Shown in pieces: positions 46,302 through 56,644 of a DNA stretch of 64,000 bases. Source of the stretch: an uncultured Bdellovibrionales bacterium (GTDB lineage: Bacteria > Patescibacteriota > Minisyncoccia > Moranbacterales > UBA1568). The translations under genes were made by a program, and so were the position numbers. A model generated the notes under the pieces. That model was not told where the DNA came from. It did no database searches and saw only the letters and a list, made by a program, of their open reading frames with translations. The stretch is taken from positions 2,576 through 66,575 of the forward strand of contig CAZGXN010000007.1 of assembly GCA_964530135.1 (NCBI GenBank), read 5' to 3'. Positions within the stretch are counted from its first letter, which is position 1, and the number at the start of each line of letters is the position of its first letter.

Positions 46302-47567
46302 TTATTTTTGATCGATTGATTCCATGCTTCGGTGAAGAATACCCGTCAAGATCGGTTCTTCATCAAGCGCATTCAGGAGGGCGAGATGAGCCAAGCCCAT
46401 CGGGGTGATATCTTGGGGATTATTGAGTTCACCAGTTTCATCCACAATGCGCGTGATATCGTGAGGTTGGAGAAATCCAATCTGGGGAGGTTTGGAAAAA
46501 GGCAAATCCTTATCCCAATTACCACCTGAGAGGGCTTGTTTAATACCTGGCAAACCTGACCCACCTCCGCACAGAAATATTTTTGAAGGCATAAAATCTG
46601 TCTCTGCGAACTCAATTAATGAGAGTTCAACTCCGGCCAGCCAGACCCGACAATCGTCCGCAAAAAGAGCGTCGATACGTTGTGTTTCTTCCGGCTGGAG
46701 ACGACCATTCGAATAATCAATTTTCATTTGCTCAGCGACCTCAAATTTTATCTGGTATTCCTGAGCTAATCGTTTTGTAAATGCTCGGCCGCCGAGTGCA
46801 AACATTTTTGTCCCTTCCAATCCGCCGTTCCGAACTACTGCGATATCTGTTGTACCACCACCGATATCAATAAAGATGGCGCTGAAATCCAACATATCCT
46901 CAACTTCGACAGAGCGTGCGACAGCGTATGGTTCAGCGACAATAGACAAGAGGTCCAAATCAAGTTCGTCAGAAATTGTCTCAATTGCGCCGAGGTGTGT
47001 GAGTGGAGCATATGCATTGAAAACACTCATGGAAACCTCCCGACCCTGAAAATTAAGTGGATTCAAAACACGATAACCATCGATACGGACATCAACAATT
47101 GCAGCATTAATGAGCTTGATATCAATTTCTTGACCCGTTTCCCAAACCAACTGTTTCTTGATCCGTTCAAGCGCTTTTTCCTGAACTTTTTCAATGATCA
47201 TTTTGAGTTCGGGAAGGCCAATTTTTATCTCAGAATTCACGCGTTCATAATGAACGGTAGTGGTTGTCCCCTTCACGAGTTCACCAGCAATACCGATAAT
47301 ACTTTTTTCAATTCGTTTAATGCCGCACTGGGTCTTGGCCGCCTCAATGGCTTCACGGGCTGATCCGATAACACCTCGAATATCGGAGACTGCGCCACTT
47401 TGCATATTGCCGACTTTCTGCCGCGCTCGTCCAACGCCGACAATAGTTCCGCGGCGATGTTCATAATCAACACGAAATACCAGTGCCTTCACGACCTCAG
47501 TGCCGATATCCAGAGCTAAAAACAGCTTATCTTGATGCTTCCACGAAAAGCGTGAAAAAAGTCCCAT
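46302..47567 (-). CDS. ftsA: actin-like ATPase, cell division protein FtsA-like (PilM not excluded)
   Basis: LALDIGTEVVKALVF N-terminal phosphate-1, IFIDIGGGTTDIAVV phosphate-2, MFALGGRAFTKRLAQEYQIKFEVAEQMK adenosine motif region. Confidence 0.75.
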   Translation of the reverse strand: MGLFSRFSWKHQDKLFLALDIGTEVVKALVFRVDYEHRRGTIVGVGRARQKVGNMQSGAVSDIRGVIGSAREAIEAAKTQCGIKRIEKSIIGIAGELVKGTTTTVHYERVNSEIKIGLPELKMIIEKVQEKALERIKKQLVWETGQEIDIKLINAAIVDVRIDGYRVLNPLNFQGREVSMSVFNAYAPLTHLGAIETISDELDLDLLSIVAEPYAVARSVEVEDMLDFSAIFIDIGGGTTDIAVVRNGGLEGTKMFALGGRAFTKRLAQEYQIKFEVAEQMKIDYSNGRLQPEETQRIDALFADDCRVWLAGVELSLIEFAETDFMPSKIFLCGGGSGLPGIKQALSGGNWDKDLPFSKPPQIGFLQPHDITRIVDETGELNNPQDITPMGLAHLALLNALDEEPILTGILHRSMESIDQK

Positions 47568-47599
47568 AGGAAAAATTAGGTAGTCTTTCTTCTAGTATA

Positions 47600-48616
47600 T
47601 CATCGCTTTGTCAAAAGTGTTGTATGAATATCAGGACCATACATTTCTGCAGTGGTCTGATCCAAGAGTCCAGCACTGGCACCATAGCTCCCGACAACGC
47701 TACCGGCATTGGCAATACCGTATCGCAGACATCTTTCCAGTGAATAGTGGTAGAGATATGCCGAAAAAAACCCGGAACAAAATGCATCGCCGGCACCGGT
47801 CGTATCAACCAAACCCTTTGGCTCATAGATATCACCATGCCAAAGTTCCCGGCCATCATACACCCAGGCACCACGCTTTCCATCCGTCAGCGCGACCACG
47901 GTCGGACCAAAGGCATGCAGTGTTTGAACGAGGTATACCTCATCTTTCAATCGTTCGGGCCGATGTTCAACTCCACTAGAAAAGATGAGTTCAATGGCTT
48001 CATCTTTATTGAGAAAAAGTGCGAAAATATGCGGTAAAGTCTCAAGTAAAAGTCGCGGATTCTCTTTTAAATTATGTTGTCCAGGATTCAGAGCAATACG
48101 TGCCCCATACCGCTCGGCGGCACGCAATATTGTCTTGAGATTACCCTGCCAATCACCATTAAGGGCGCTGACAGAAAACCATTCAAATCCTTTTAGTTTT
48201 TCTTCTTTGATTTCAAGTTTTTCATTTGCATCACGATTATGAAAAATGATCCGATCCCCAACTTGCATCATGACAATAATTGCTGAGAGATCTGTTTGAA
48301 CGGATCGATCAATATCTATCACTTCTGTTTGAACGCCGGCTCCACGCAATGTCTGGAGAATCCAAGTACCGATGTCATCCGCGCCGATCTTGCTATAAAT
48401 CGCAACTGAGTGTCCCATTCGAGCCAAACCCTGTGCGCCGTTGGCGGCGACTCCACCAACAGCTTCTGCTCGCTTTGGGCTGCGAAATTTCCCCCCCAAC
48501 TCAAAAGCGACCTGAGTCTGTGACCGAAGGTCTTCTGGGGTTTCAAGAATTACCCCCTCGGTTGTCGGAAAAAATATGTCTTTTGATGCTGAGCCGATAC
48601 AGAGAACGCGTTCCAT
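47600..48616 (-). CDS. PfkB-family carbohydrate kinase (ribokinase-like)
   Basis: N-terminal GG motif region GGVAANGAQGLARMGHSVAIYSKIGADD and C-terminal DTTGAGDAF. Confidence 0.8.
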   Translation of the reverse strand: MERVLCIGSASKDIFFPTTEGVILETPEDLRSQTQVAFELGGKFRSPKRAEAVGGVAANGAQGLARMGHSVAIYSKIGADDIGTWILQTLRGAGVQTEVIDIDRSVQTDLSAIIVMMQVGDRIIFHNRDANEKLEIKEEKLKGFEWFSVSALNGDWQGNLKTILRAAERYGARIALNPGQHNLKENPRLLLETLPHIFALFLNKDEAIELIFSSGVEHRPERLKDEVYLVQTLHAFGPTVVALTDGKRGAWVYDGRELWHGDIYEPKGLVDTTGAGDAFCSGFFSAYLYHYSLERCLRYGIANAGSVVGSYGASAGLLDQTTAEMYGPDIHTTLLTKR

Positions 48617-48625
48617 AGAGTGGAT

Positions 48626-49894
48626 CTATCTTTGTGTGTGGTGAAATTCGTAAATCTCGAGCAAGCGGTTATACTTTGTCAAACGCTCACCCCGAGAAAG
48701 TGACCCCGTTTTGATGTAATCCGCCCCCGTTCCGACTGCGAGATCGGCGATAAAATCATCACACGTCTCACCGGAGCGATGAGAAATAATCGTCTGTAAA
48801 CCATGCTTTTTAGCCAGCGCCAGACAATCAATGGTTTCTGAGAGTGTTCCAATCTGATTGACTTTAATGAGTACGGCATTACAGGCATTCTGAGTGATAG
48901 CCTGTTGTAAACGCTTCACATTGGTCACGAGGAGATCATCTCCAATCAGCATTATCTGTGATCCTATTTCAGCATTGAATGCAGACCAACCATTCCAGTC
49001 CTCTTCGGAAAAAGGGTCCTCAATCGAGCGAAGCGGGAATTGTGCCACCCAATCACGATAGAGTGAAGCCAGACCAGCCTGATCCAAAACGACTTTTTCT
49101 GGTTTCAAAAGATAACGGTTCGTAGCGCTATCATAGAAAGAGTTAGCAGCCGCATCAATATCGAGAATAATATCCTTCCCGGGGACATAACCACTCTCTT
49201 CAATCGCCTTCACCATCAGCGCAAATGCCTCGGCATGGCTACCGAGCTGAGGAGCAAATCCACCCTCATCACCCACCCCAGTCGTATATCCGCTGGAGTG
49301 GAGAAGTGTCTGGAGTCGGTGAAAAATTTCACTGCCTGCACGGAGCTGCTCGGGATAGGTCGCAATTCCAGCAGGAATGATTTTAAACTCTTGAACAGAC
49401 AAACCCGAATCAGCATGCTCCCCGCCATTGATGATATTGAACATGGGAAGGGGAAATCCGTCAGTCGATTTTTTGTAAGGTAACAATGTTTCAAGATACA
49501 GGAAGAGTTCACTACCAAGACTCTTGGCTGCAGCTCGTGCCACCGCAAGCGAAACACCCAAAATCGCATTGGCACCGAGATGCGACTTTGATTCGGTACC
49601 ATCGAGTGTTCTCATCCGGTCATCGATCAGTTGCTGCTCACACGGATCTGTTCCGAGGAGAGCGGGCCGAATCAGCGTATCAATATGTTCAATCGCCTTG
49701 AGAACGCCTTTTCCTTGATAGCGTGTTGCATCGCCATCCCGCAGCTCCAGCGCCTCATGGGCCCCCGTTGATGCGCCCGAAGGAACACTCGCCTTGACGC
49801 TTGTACCATCATCCAGCCCAACGACCACCTCAACAGTCGGATAACCCCGTGAATCAAGAATTTCTCTTCCCCGAATATGTGTTATCAGTGCCAT
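48626..49894 (-). CDS. eno: enolase
   Basis: MALITHIRGREILDSRGYPTVEVVV..., SHRSGETCDDFIADLAVG. Confidence 0.96.
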   Translation of the reverse strand: MALITHIRGREILDSRGYPTVEVVVGLDDGTSVKASVPSGASTGAHEALELRDGDATRYQGKGVLKAIEHIDTLIRPALLGTDPCEQQLIDDRMRTLDGTESKSHLGANAILGVSLAVARAAAKSLGSELFLYLETLLPYKKSTDGFPLPMFNIINGGEHADSGLSVQEFKIIPAGIATYPEQLRAGSEIFHRLQTLLHSSGYTTGVGDEGGFAPQLGSHAEAFALMVKAIEESGYVPGKDIILDIDAAANSFYDSATNRYLLKPEKVVLDQAGLASLYRDWVAQFPLRSIEDPFSEEDWNGWSAFNAEIGSQIMLIGDDLLVTNVKRLQQAITQNACNAVLIKVNQIGTLSETIDCLALAKKHGLQTIISHRSGETCDDFIADLAVGTGADYIKTGSLSRGERLTKYNRLLEIYEFHHTQR

Positions 49895-49932
49895 AAAAAA
49901 TCAGTATCATGCTCGATTACACCCGTATCATA

Positions 49933-50988
49933 TCATGCAACCAAGAGCGGCTGGAGACCTGGTAATGCATTTCCAGCCATATACTCAAGCATTGCACCGC
50001 CACCGCTCGAGACAAAACCGATGCGGTGAAATACCCCCGCTTGTTCCAAGACAGCAAGTGATTCACCACCACCAATGATCACATATGCATCGCTCTCAAG
50101 AATGGCGTCGAGAATTATCTTGGTACCGACATCATATGGCTTTTCTTCAAATTTTCCCATCGGCCCATTCCAAACCACTGTTTTCGCTTTCTTAATAATT
50201 GCAGCGTAGTAGGAAGCGGTTGTTTTTCCAATATCAAGGCGCCTTGGGGAATCAAAATCTTGTGGCAGCAGTACTTTTTCAGAAAATACTATTTTTTGAT
50301 CAATGGCTTCATTGGCAATCTTACCGCCGACGAGTATACAATCGTATGAATCTTCAAGAGCACGAATAAGCGGAAGCTTTGTTTCAATTTTTGCCCCACC
50401 AACAATTGCGATTGCGGGGCGGGTTGGATTGAGACGCACAGCATCCAAACGCTCAGTCTCTTCTATGAGATGAAAACCAGCATAGGACGGAAGGATACTG
50501 GTTACTCCGACGACTGAGGCATGGGCTCGATGAGATACACCAAAAGCCTCATTGATATAGACATCAAACGGGGCGGCTAGTGCCCGCGAAAAATCTGGAT
50601 CATTTATGGTCTCACCTGCCTCAAAACGAATATTTTCTAAGAGCAGTACTTCCCCTGGTGTCGCACTCGCGAGCGCAGTTGTTACCGTTGCGCCATGGCA
50701 GGCCGGAACAAAGCGCACGGGATGACCGAGAACGCGTATCACTTCAGGTACCAGGCGCGCCACTGAATACTGCGGATCGATGACACCACCCTCAGGGCGA
50801 CCGAAATGCGTTACTAACGACAATGACCGAGCACCGGCTGCAATGATAAATTGAATAGTCTTACGCGCCACCTCCAGTTTGAAGCCCTCTTGAACATGGG
50901 CGATATCATTTAGCTCCACATTAAAATCCACTCGCACCAACACATTTTTCCCCACAAGATCAGCCGTCGTAAGACTTTTGAGTTGCAT
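49933..50988 (-). CDS. pgk: phosphoglycerate kinase
   Basis: VLVRVDFNV, VTHFGRPEG, GGGESLAVL-type motifs; start MQLKSLTTADL (50988). Confidence 0.93.
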   Translation of the reverse strand: MQLKSLTTADLVGKNVLVRVDFNVELNDIAHVQEGFKLEVARKTIQFIIAAGARSLSLVTHFGRPEGGVIDPQYSVARLVPEVIRVLGHPVRFVPACHGATVTTALASATPGEVLLLENIRFEAGETINDPDFSRALAAPFDVYINEAFGVSHRAHASVVGVTSILPSYAGFHLIEETERLDAVRLNPTRPAIAIVGGAKIETKLPLIRALEDSYDCILVGGKIANEAIDQKIVFSEKVLLPQDFDSPRRLDIGKTTASYYAAIIKKAKTVVWNGPMGKFEEKPYDVGTKIILDAILESDAYVIIGGGESLAVLEQAGVFHRIGFVSSGGGAMLEYMAGNALPGLQPLLVA

Positions 50989-51004
50989 AGTGAGAATAAA
51001 AAAA

Positions 51005-52114
51005 TTAACGACCCATGCCAATAATACCCACCATAACACCAATCATAGCCGTGAGGGCAGTGAACACCCAGGCACGCATGACCACCTTTGGTTCCGGCCA
51101 ACCTTTGGCTTCAAAGTGATGATGCAGGGGGGCAGCCAACAAGACCTTTCGCTTGAAAAATCGTTTGGAAACCATCTGCACCACAACACTGCCCGATTCG
51201 AGAATATAAATAAAGACAATGACAAAGAGAATAAGTGCGGAATTGGTAAGCATCGCGACAACTCCTAGGGTTGTCCCGAGCGCAATCGCGCCAGTATCGC
51301 CCATAAAGAAACGTGCGGGATAAATATTGAACCAGAGAAAGGCGAGGAGTGCTCCCGCCACTGCGGCACAAAAACTCGCGAGATCCACCTTGTTGTGCAT
51401 GAATGCGATCAGTGTGAACGAGCTGAATGCGATGAGGAGGATACCTCCATTTAGCCCATCAAGACCGTCTGTCTCATTGGAAGAAATAGCTGTGAAGAGG
51501 ATAACAAAAATGAAGAGCGGGATATACCACCAGCCGATAGAAAAGTCGCCGACCGCCGGAACATGCAGCGTATCCCAGCCGAGCTTTGAATAAAACCACC
51601 AAGCGCCAAGTGAAGCGATCACGATCAGCCACCAAAATCTCGCGAGAAAGCGCATCCCGCCCCCTTTATTTGTGCCGATTCCTCGGACGCTCATATAATC
51701 ATCAATGAGGCCGAGAACACCAGCTGTAGCCAAAGTAAACAATGGAAGCCAAGTCTGAGAGCGTTTCAAGAAATCCAATCGGGCAATAAAATTTGTATCG
51801 AACAAAACTGCGATCAATGGAAAAAGCCATTCTGAGAGCACTGCCAGAAGGATGACGGTAAACCACACAATCACACCACCCATAGTTGGTGTCCCGGCTT
51901 TCCAAGCATGGAGACGTGAAACAAAATTCAACTTATCACCTGAAACACCGTTCTCTTTGATCCGAATGCCGATTTTGAAGGTATACAGTATATGCGTCCA
52001 GATGGGTGTCAGAAAAAAAGCCATAAGAAAAGCAAGTAACCCCGTCATGAGAACTTTCATCACATTCATGACAACTGGGAGGGATTGTATTTCGGCAATG
52101 GCGAATGAATCCAT
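51005..52114 (-). CDS. mraY: phospho-N-acetylmuramoyl-pentapeptide transferase MraY
   Basis: 10-TM protein with NETDGLDGL, FMGDTGAIALG and C-terminal LLAAPLHHHFEAKGW motifs. Confidence 0.92.
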   Translation of the reverse strand: MDSFAIAEIQSLPVVMNVMKVLMTGLLAFLMAFFLTPIWTHILYTFKIGIRIKENGVSGDKLNFVSRLHAWKAGTPTMGGVIVWFTVILLAVLSEWLFPLIAVLFDTNFIARLDFLKRSQTWLPLFTLATAGVLGLIDDYMSVRGIGTNKGGGMRFLARFWWLIVIASLGAWWFYSKLGWDTLHVPAVGDFSIGWWYIPLFIFVILFTAISSNETDGLDGLNGGILLIAFSSFTLIAFMHNKVDLASFCAAVAGALLAFLWFNIYPARFFMGDTGAIALGTTLGVVAMLTNSALILFVIVFIYILESGSVVVQMVSKRFFKRKVLLAAPLHHHFEAKGWPEPKVVMRAWVFTALTAMIGVMVGIIGMGR

Positions 52115-52123
52115 AGAGTTTTG

Positions 52124-53161
52124 TTATATCCAATCAAATGATTCAAAGCTCCAATCGAACATAGATTGAATGCTCTGCCACCGATAGGGATCATTGAGGA
52201 CAACAGCGATCACCTTGTGTTCACCTGAAGGATCAGTCGCAACTGCAAGGAGCGAGTAGCCCGCCAGTGGTGTAAAACCTGTCTTCGTGCCAACGAGGTT
52301 GGGCATCGAACCGATGAGCTGATCCGTATTGAACACTTTGTGAACGAGCGTCCCATCAAGGGAAGTAATTTCGGTTTCTTCGATTTTCATAATCTCCCAA
52401 AGTATATCGTGCTGAAGGGCAGCACTGGCAATCGTCGCGATATCACGGGCCGATGAATAACAACGATTTTCTTCACCATCAATTTCCAGCCCTGACGGCG
52501 TACAAAAGAGTGAGTCGGTGAGGCCCAATTCTCGCGCTCGCTCATTCATGATCTGAGCAAAACCAGCTTGTGTTCCACCGATATGTTTTCCTAGCGCAAT
52601 TGCTGCATCATTGGCACTATTCATCAGCGCCGCCTTGAGGAGATCTCGGACAGTCAACTGCTCCCCAACCATAAACCGCACCCCCGGACAATATCCAGAG
52701 CGCGGGCAGCCGATGCGTGTCCCTTCAGTATAGACGGCTTCCGCATCAATAGTTACAGGCGTATCCAAATCCGATATGCGTTCAACAACAATGAGCGCAG
52801 TAAAGAGTTTTGTTAATGAGGCAATTTGGCGGCGATTGTCAGCATTCCGCGTATAGAGAATTTTACCCGATTCAGCATCCATAATGACGGATGCATGAGC
52901 TGTGGGAACTGATAATCGAGACGCATAATCTCGGCGGATTGGTTGAAAAGTCGCTGAGAGCGATCGGTTTTCATTGAGGTAGGGTGGATTCAATGAAAGA
53001 CCAGGTGCGGGATTGGCAGGCGAAATCTCCCCTGCCCGTATCCCGAACAATTGTTCGATAATGCCGCTAGTCAGAAAAGAGTAGACGAGCTCCGGACGCT
53101 CCTTGAACGTCCACAAACTTAGTACCATCACCAGGGCAAGTGTGAAAACTATGCGTATCAT
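52124..53161 (-). CDS. D-alanyl-D-alanine carboxypeptidase (S11, PBP5/6-like)
   Basis: Signal peptide; SxxK ASLTKL, SxN NSANDAA, KTG KTGFT. Confidence 0.85.
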   Translation of the reverse strand: MIRIVFTLALVMVLSLWTFKERPELVYSFLTSGIIEQLFGIRAGEISPANPAPGLSLNPPYLNENRSLSATFQPIRRDYASRLSVPTAHASVIMDAESGKILYTRNADNRRQIASLTKLFTALIVVERISDLDTPVTIDAEAVYTEGTRIGCPRSGYCPGVRFMVGEQLTVRDLLKAALMNSANDAAIALGKHIGGTQAGFAQIMNERARELGLTDSLFCTPSGLEIDGEENRCYSSARDIATIASAALQHDILWEIMKIEETEITSLDGTLVHKVFNTDQLIGSMPNLVGTKTGFTPLAGYSLLAVATDPSGEHKVIAVVLNDPYRWQSIQSMFDWSFESFDWI

Positions 53162-53745
53162 GACTCTTGAGATTGATAGTTCGTTGACGATTCAGTAGAC
53201 GCTTGAGAAATAACATGCATCCGTTCATCCTGTGACAACGACTGATAATCGGGTAGGTCTTCAATCCGCGAAAGCCCAAGGTGTTCGAGGAATTGAAAGG
53301 CTGGCCAATACATATACCCGCGGGCATCAGTTGGATTTCCACGGCGTTCAATGAGACCGCGGATCAGTAGGGCCCGCAGTGTATAGCTACAATTCACTCC
53401 GCGAATCGCTTCAATATCACTTCGCGCAATCGGAGCACGGTATGCGATAATCGCCAATACCTCAAGCGCAGCCTTTGAAAGGGCGTCTTGTAGTGTAGTT
53501 TTAGTAAAGGCCTCAATGAGCGTTGCTAAGTCTTTTTTCGTAGCCATTTCCACTTTTCCTTGATGTTCAATCAACATCAGACCCACTTGAGAATCCTCAC
53601 TATATCGTTTTTTCAGTGCCTGAATCACCTGTGTCAATTCAGATTGATCGATATGTAGAAGCTCCATCAGACGGTGTTCAGCAATTGGCTCGCCGCTTAT
53701 GAAGAGGAGGGCTTCCAATTTCGATTGTAGAGAGGGTGAAGTCAT
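53158..53745 (-). CDS. scpB: segregation and condensation protein B
   Basis: LEALLFISGEPIAEHRLMELL and tandem wHTH; overlaps scpA/dac in ATGA fashion. Confidence 0.88.
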   Translation of the reverse strand: MTSPSLQSKLEALLFISGEPIAEHRLMELLHIDQSELTQVIQALKKRYSEDSQVGLMLIEHQGKVEMATKKDLATLIEAFTKTTLQDALSKAALEVLAIIAYRAPIARSDIEAIRGVNCSYTLRALLIRGLIERRGNPTDARGYMYWPAFQFLEHLGLSRIEDLPDYQSLSQDERMHVISQASTESSTNYQSQES

Positions 53746-53759
53746 ACTCGGGAAGATTT

Positions 53760-54464
53760 TTAGGATTCGGGATGGAGCGCGATGTCCTGAAAGGACCCAT
53801 TCTGTTCCGCTCGGACAAAACGCTGTTTCACCAACTCCAGTACAGCCAAAAACGCAACAATCACTTCAAGTTTGTCAACAATATCACGTGTCATATGCCG
53901 AAATGAAATCTCAATCCGCTGGGTCAGCGTAGACCGAAGCTCCAACATTTTCTCTTCGAGCGAGATGACAGTCTGTATTTCTTCCTGTTCAAGTTTTTCG
54001 AGCAACGGTATTTCGCCGAGCACTGAACGGAAAGCATCCGCAAGAGTCTCCGCTGTAACTTGTGGTGCTGGTAAAAAAACTATCTTCGCTCCAAGAAAAC
54101 TCTCGCGTGGCTGGGCATGTTGGTGAGCAGCGAAACTGAGACCGAGCTGCATACTTGCATCTCGAAATTTTTGGTATGTCCGAAGCTGCCACTCCAAATC
54201 CTCAAGTGATCCCTCTTCTTCTTGCGTAAACTCGAACGATGGAAGAAGCGCCCGTGACTTCAGGAGAAGTAAGCGTGAAGCGATAGAAAGAAATTGTGCG
54301 AGATGTGCCAGTGGCACCTCACTCTGTTGGGCAATGTACTCCAAATACTGATCAGCAACCGCTGCCAAAGAAACCCGGGTAACATCGAGCTTTTCTTTTT
54401 CGATGAGCTGTAAAAGAAGCTCAAGCGGCCCTTCAAACTGCTTCAGTCGCACGGCGTATGTCAT
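53760..54464 (-). CDS. scpA: segregation and condensation protein A
   Basis: MTYAVRLKQFEGPLELLLQLIEKEKLDVTRVSLAAVADQYLEYI. Confidence 0.88.
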   Translation of the reverse strand: MTYAVRLKQFEGPLELLLQLIEKEKLDVTRVSLAAVADQYLEYIAQQSEVPLAHLAQFLSIASRLLLLKSRALLPSFEFTQEEEGSLEDLEWQLRTYQKFRDASMQLGLSFAAHQHAQPRESFLGAKIVFLPAPQVTAETLADAFRSVLGEIPLLEKLEQEEIQTVISLEEKMLELRSTLTQRIEISFRHMTRDIVDKLEVIVAFLAVLELVKQRFVRAEQNGSFQDIALHPES

Positions 54465-54551
54465 AGTTTCAGAGACATAATACCATGCTTCATCGGCCTC
54501 TGGCTAGCCAAAATGAGCCAAAAAAGAGTTCGCCCTGACCTCTTTGCCTCT

Positions 54552-55757
54552 TCAAGCAAAACGCTCAGCCTCACTCGTGGAATCTTCCATTCTCAAGACG
54601 GCAAAACAAGCTGCTAAAGCGACCGCTCCGACAAGATAAAAGAGACTATGAACAGAAAAAAGGGAAAGGAAAAGGAGGGATATACCCGCTGCAAAGATGT
54701 CGGCAGTCGGACGAGCGGTACGAAAAAAAGCGACAATATCGGTATCCGTCGGGCCAATTTGCTTGTAGAAATAGGAATCGCGCAGCACTTCGATGCCTGC
54801 GGCGCCAAGCCGGGTGAGGAAGAGGAGACCGGCCCAAAAGGCAATGTCAGTCGAACGCGTGAACCCGACCAGCGTCGTCGAGAGTCCCATGATGACAAGT
54901 GCGAGAAAGAGCAGTTCTTTCTCCCCCCATTTCTTGTCCGCCAGAATGCCAAGCGGGTATTGCACAAGAACAAACGGAACAAGCATGACCGTAAAGATGA
55001 AGCCGATCTTCTCCCAGCTGAAACCCTGGGATAAAAGTAGGATCGGCGTATAGATAATCATGATCACGTAAAAGAATTCGAGTGTCCACGAGACAACATA
55101 GATAAGGAGCAGATTTTTCCTAACAATGACTTTTTTAAGAGTCGCCAGAAAAGTGATCTTTGGCAATCGAGCGGTCTGGTGGAGACGCAAACCGATGACG
55201 ACAGTCAAGAGGACGAGCATATAGCCAAAACCGAGCACAGTGAACACTCCCGGATACCCAGCCAGTGCGAGCGTCTTCGTCGAAAGGATCGGCGCAAAGA
55301 GTAAGCCTGCGTTCATCACCGTCAGGTAGAGTCCGCGCACGCGCCCAGAAACCTGATCAGATGAAAAGTCCTCAACTAACACGTCCATCACTGCCCACAA
55401 AAGATTATTGCAGACGATGTACGCGAGGAGTGCGGCCACACCGGCCCATGAGGGCTCCCGAAGACTGAGGAAGAAGCTTGTCCCGATCAGTCCGACAAGC
55501 AGAATCGCAAGAAAACGGACCGACCCGAGCGTGTGCACTAGTGGCTGGAGACGCATGAGCATCCCGAGCACGATAACGAAAGCCACCAGATAGAAGCTTC
55601 CGACGAGTCGTTCACCGGACATTTGAACAAAATATGATGACAGGACATAGAGAAGAAAAGCATCCAAAAACCCCATCAAAAAAGAAAGTCCCGAGAGTAA
55701 GCGTACTTTATTTCGATTAAATATCCCTGTTTGTTTTTTTTGATCTTCAGTCAACAT
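54552..55757 (-). CDS. MFS transporter (12 TM)
   Basis: 401 aa, 12 hydrophobic helices, MFS loop motif region GRVRGLYLTVMNAGL. Confidence 0.75.
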   Translation of the reverse strand: MLTEDQKKQTGIFNRNKVRLLSGLSFLMGFLDAFLLYVLSSYFVQMSGERLVGSFYLVAFVIVLGMLMRLQPLVHTLGSVRFLAILLVGLIGTSFFLSLREPSWAGVAALLAYIVCNNLLWAVMDVLVEDFSSDQVSGRVRGLYLTVMNAGLLFAPILSTKTLALAGYPGVFTVLGFGYMLVLLTVVIGLRLHQTARLPKITFLATLKKVIVRKNLLLIYVVSWTLEFFYVIMIIYTPILLLSQGFSWEKIGFIFTVMLVPFVLVQYPLGILADKKWGEKELLFLALVIMGLSTTLVGFTRSTDIAFWAGLLFLTRLGAAGIEVLRDSYFYKQIGPTDTDIVAFFRTARPTADIFAAGISLLFLSLFSVHSLFYLVGAVALAACFAVLRMEDSTSEAERFA

Positions 55758-55794
55758 GTGTTCATTATGCCATAGGTCCGGTAACTTTTACGAA

Positions 55795-56328
55795 CTATTC
55801 GAGACAACCAGGCACATATCCTCTCACTTGAGCTGTTGCCACAGAATCAAAGCAGATGCGATTCTCGGTCTTGATCTGTTTAGCACAACGCGATGTCGGT
55901 GTGTGATATTTGTTCGAGTTTTTACTTCCAACAAAGGCGCATGTCGAGACTGTTTCATTCCCTGGTTGCGCCTCCACTAGTGTCCGAGAACGGGTCTCGG
56001 GCGAGGATTGACGCTCAGGTATCGCCGGTGCTGCAATATTGTTTGGAATCGTGAGAACGAGTGGTTCTGTTTCATTCAGACTTCGCTTCAACCAACCTGC
56101 TTCGAAAGCTAGAACAGCAACTAGAAAAAAAGCAATTCCAAGCCATAATTTCTCTTTCTGATCCTGAAAAAAAGCCCTGAAATGCGACCACGCCATAGGA
56201 TGATTGACAGGCAATAAAAAAATCGCTATACTGCTCCCGTATATCTTTTGAAGCCTATTGTAGGCTGAATGTACCATTATGGCAACTAGAAAAGCAGGCG
56301 GCTCAACCAGTCTCGGACGCGATTCCAT
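55795..56328 (-). CDS. hypothetical membrane-anchored protein with C-terminal Cys-rich Ada-like Zn-binding-type motif
   Basis: [17 protein letters not shown]; C-terminus [36 protein letters not shown] resembles YHxPxCxxAxxIxxxNxxxFxSxxxAxxxGYxPC metal-binding modules. Confidence 0.5.
   Translation of the reverse strand: MESRPRLVEPPAFLVAIMVHSAYNRLQKIYGSSIAIFLLPVNHPMAWSHFRAFFQDQKEKLWLGIAFFLVAVLAFEAGWLKRSLNETEPLVLTIPNNIAAPAIPERQSSPETRSRTLVEAQPGNETVSTCAFVGSKNSNKYHTPTSRCAKQIKTENRICFDSVATAQVRGYVPGCLE
56204..56232 (+). promoter_or_regulatory. near-consensus sigma70 promoter (-35 TTGACA, 17-bp spacer, -10 TATACT) for rpmA
   Basis: Read directly 56204-56209 and 56227-56232. Confidence 0.6.
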
Positions 56329-56575
56329 TTCAAAGCGCCTCGGCGTTAAGATTTATGGCGGACAAGCCGCACATGAGGGAAATGTACTCATCCGTCAGCG
56401 TGGGACAAAATACCATGCCGGTCGGAATGTGCAGCGCGGCGCCGATGACACCCTCTTTGCACTCACCGACGGCACAGTCGAGTTTGAGGAACGCAAAGTA
56501 AAGGCTTTCACTGGAAAACTCGAGAAGCGAATGTTCGTGCATATCGTTCCCGCCACCGCCCCGACCAAAGCCTAA
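56279..56575 (+). CDS. rpmA: 50S ribosomal protein L27
   Basis: [29 protein letters not shown]...[15 protein letters not shown] matches bL27; not preceded by rplU. Confidence 0.93.
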   Translation: MATRKAGGSTSLGRDSISKRLGVKIYGGQAAHEGNVLIRQRGTKYHAGRNVQRGADDTLFALTDGTVEFEERKVKAFTGKLEKRMFVHIVPATAPTKA

Positions 56576-56595
56576 AACTTACTTCCGCGACAAGT

Positions 56596-56622
56596 AAAAA
56601 CCTCCCAACGGGGAGGTTTTTT
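56596..56622. terminator. bidirectional rho-independent terminator (CCTCCC-AACG-GGGAGG, A5 before, T6 after)
   Basis: Perfect 6-bp GC stem, tetraloop, T-tract. Confidence 0.65.
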
Positions 56623-56644
56623 GCTTGTGAAATGAATATAGCTG

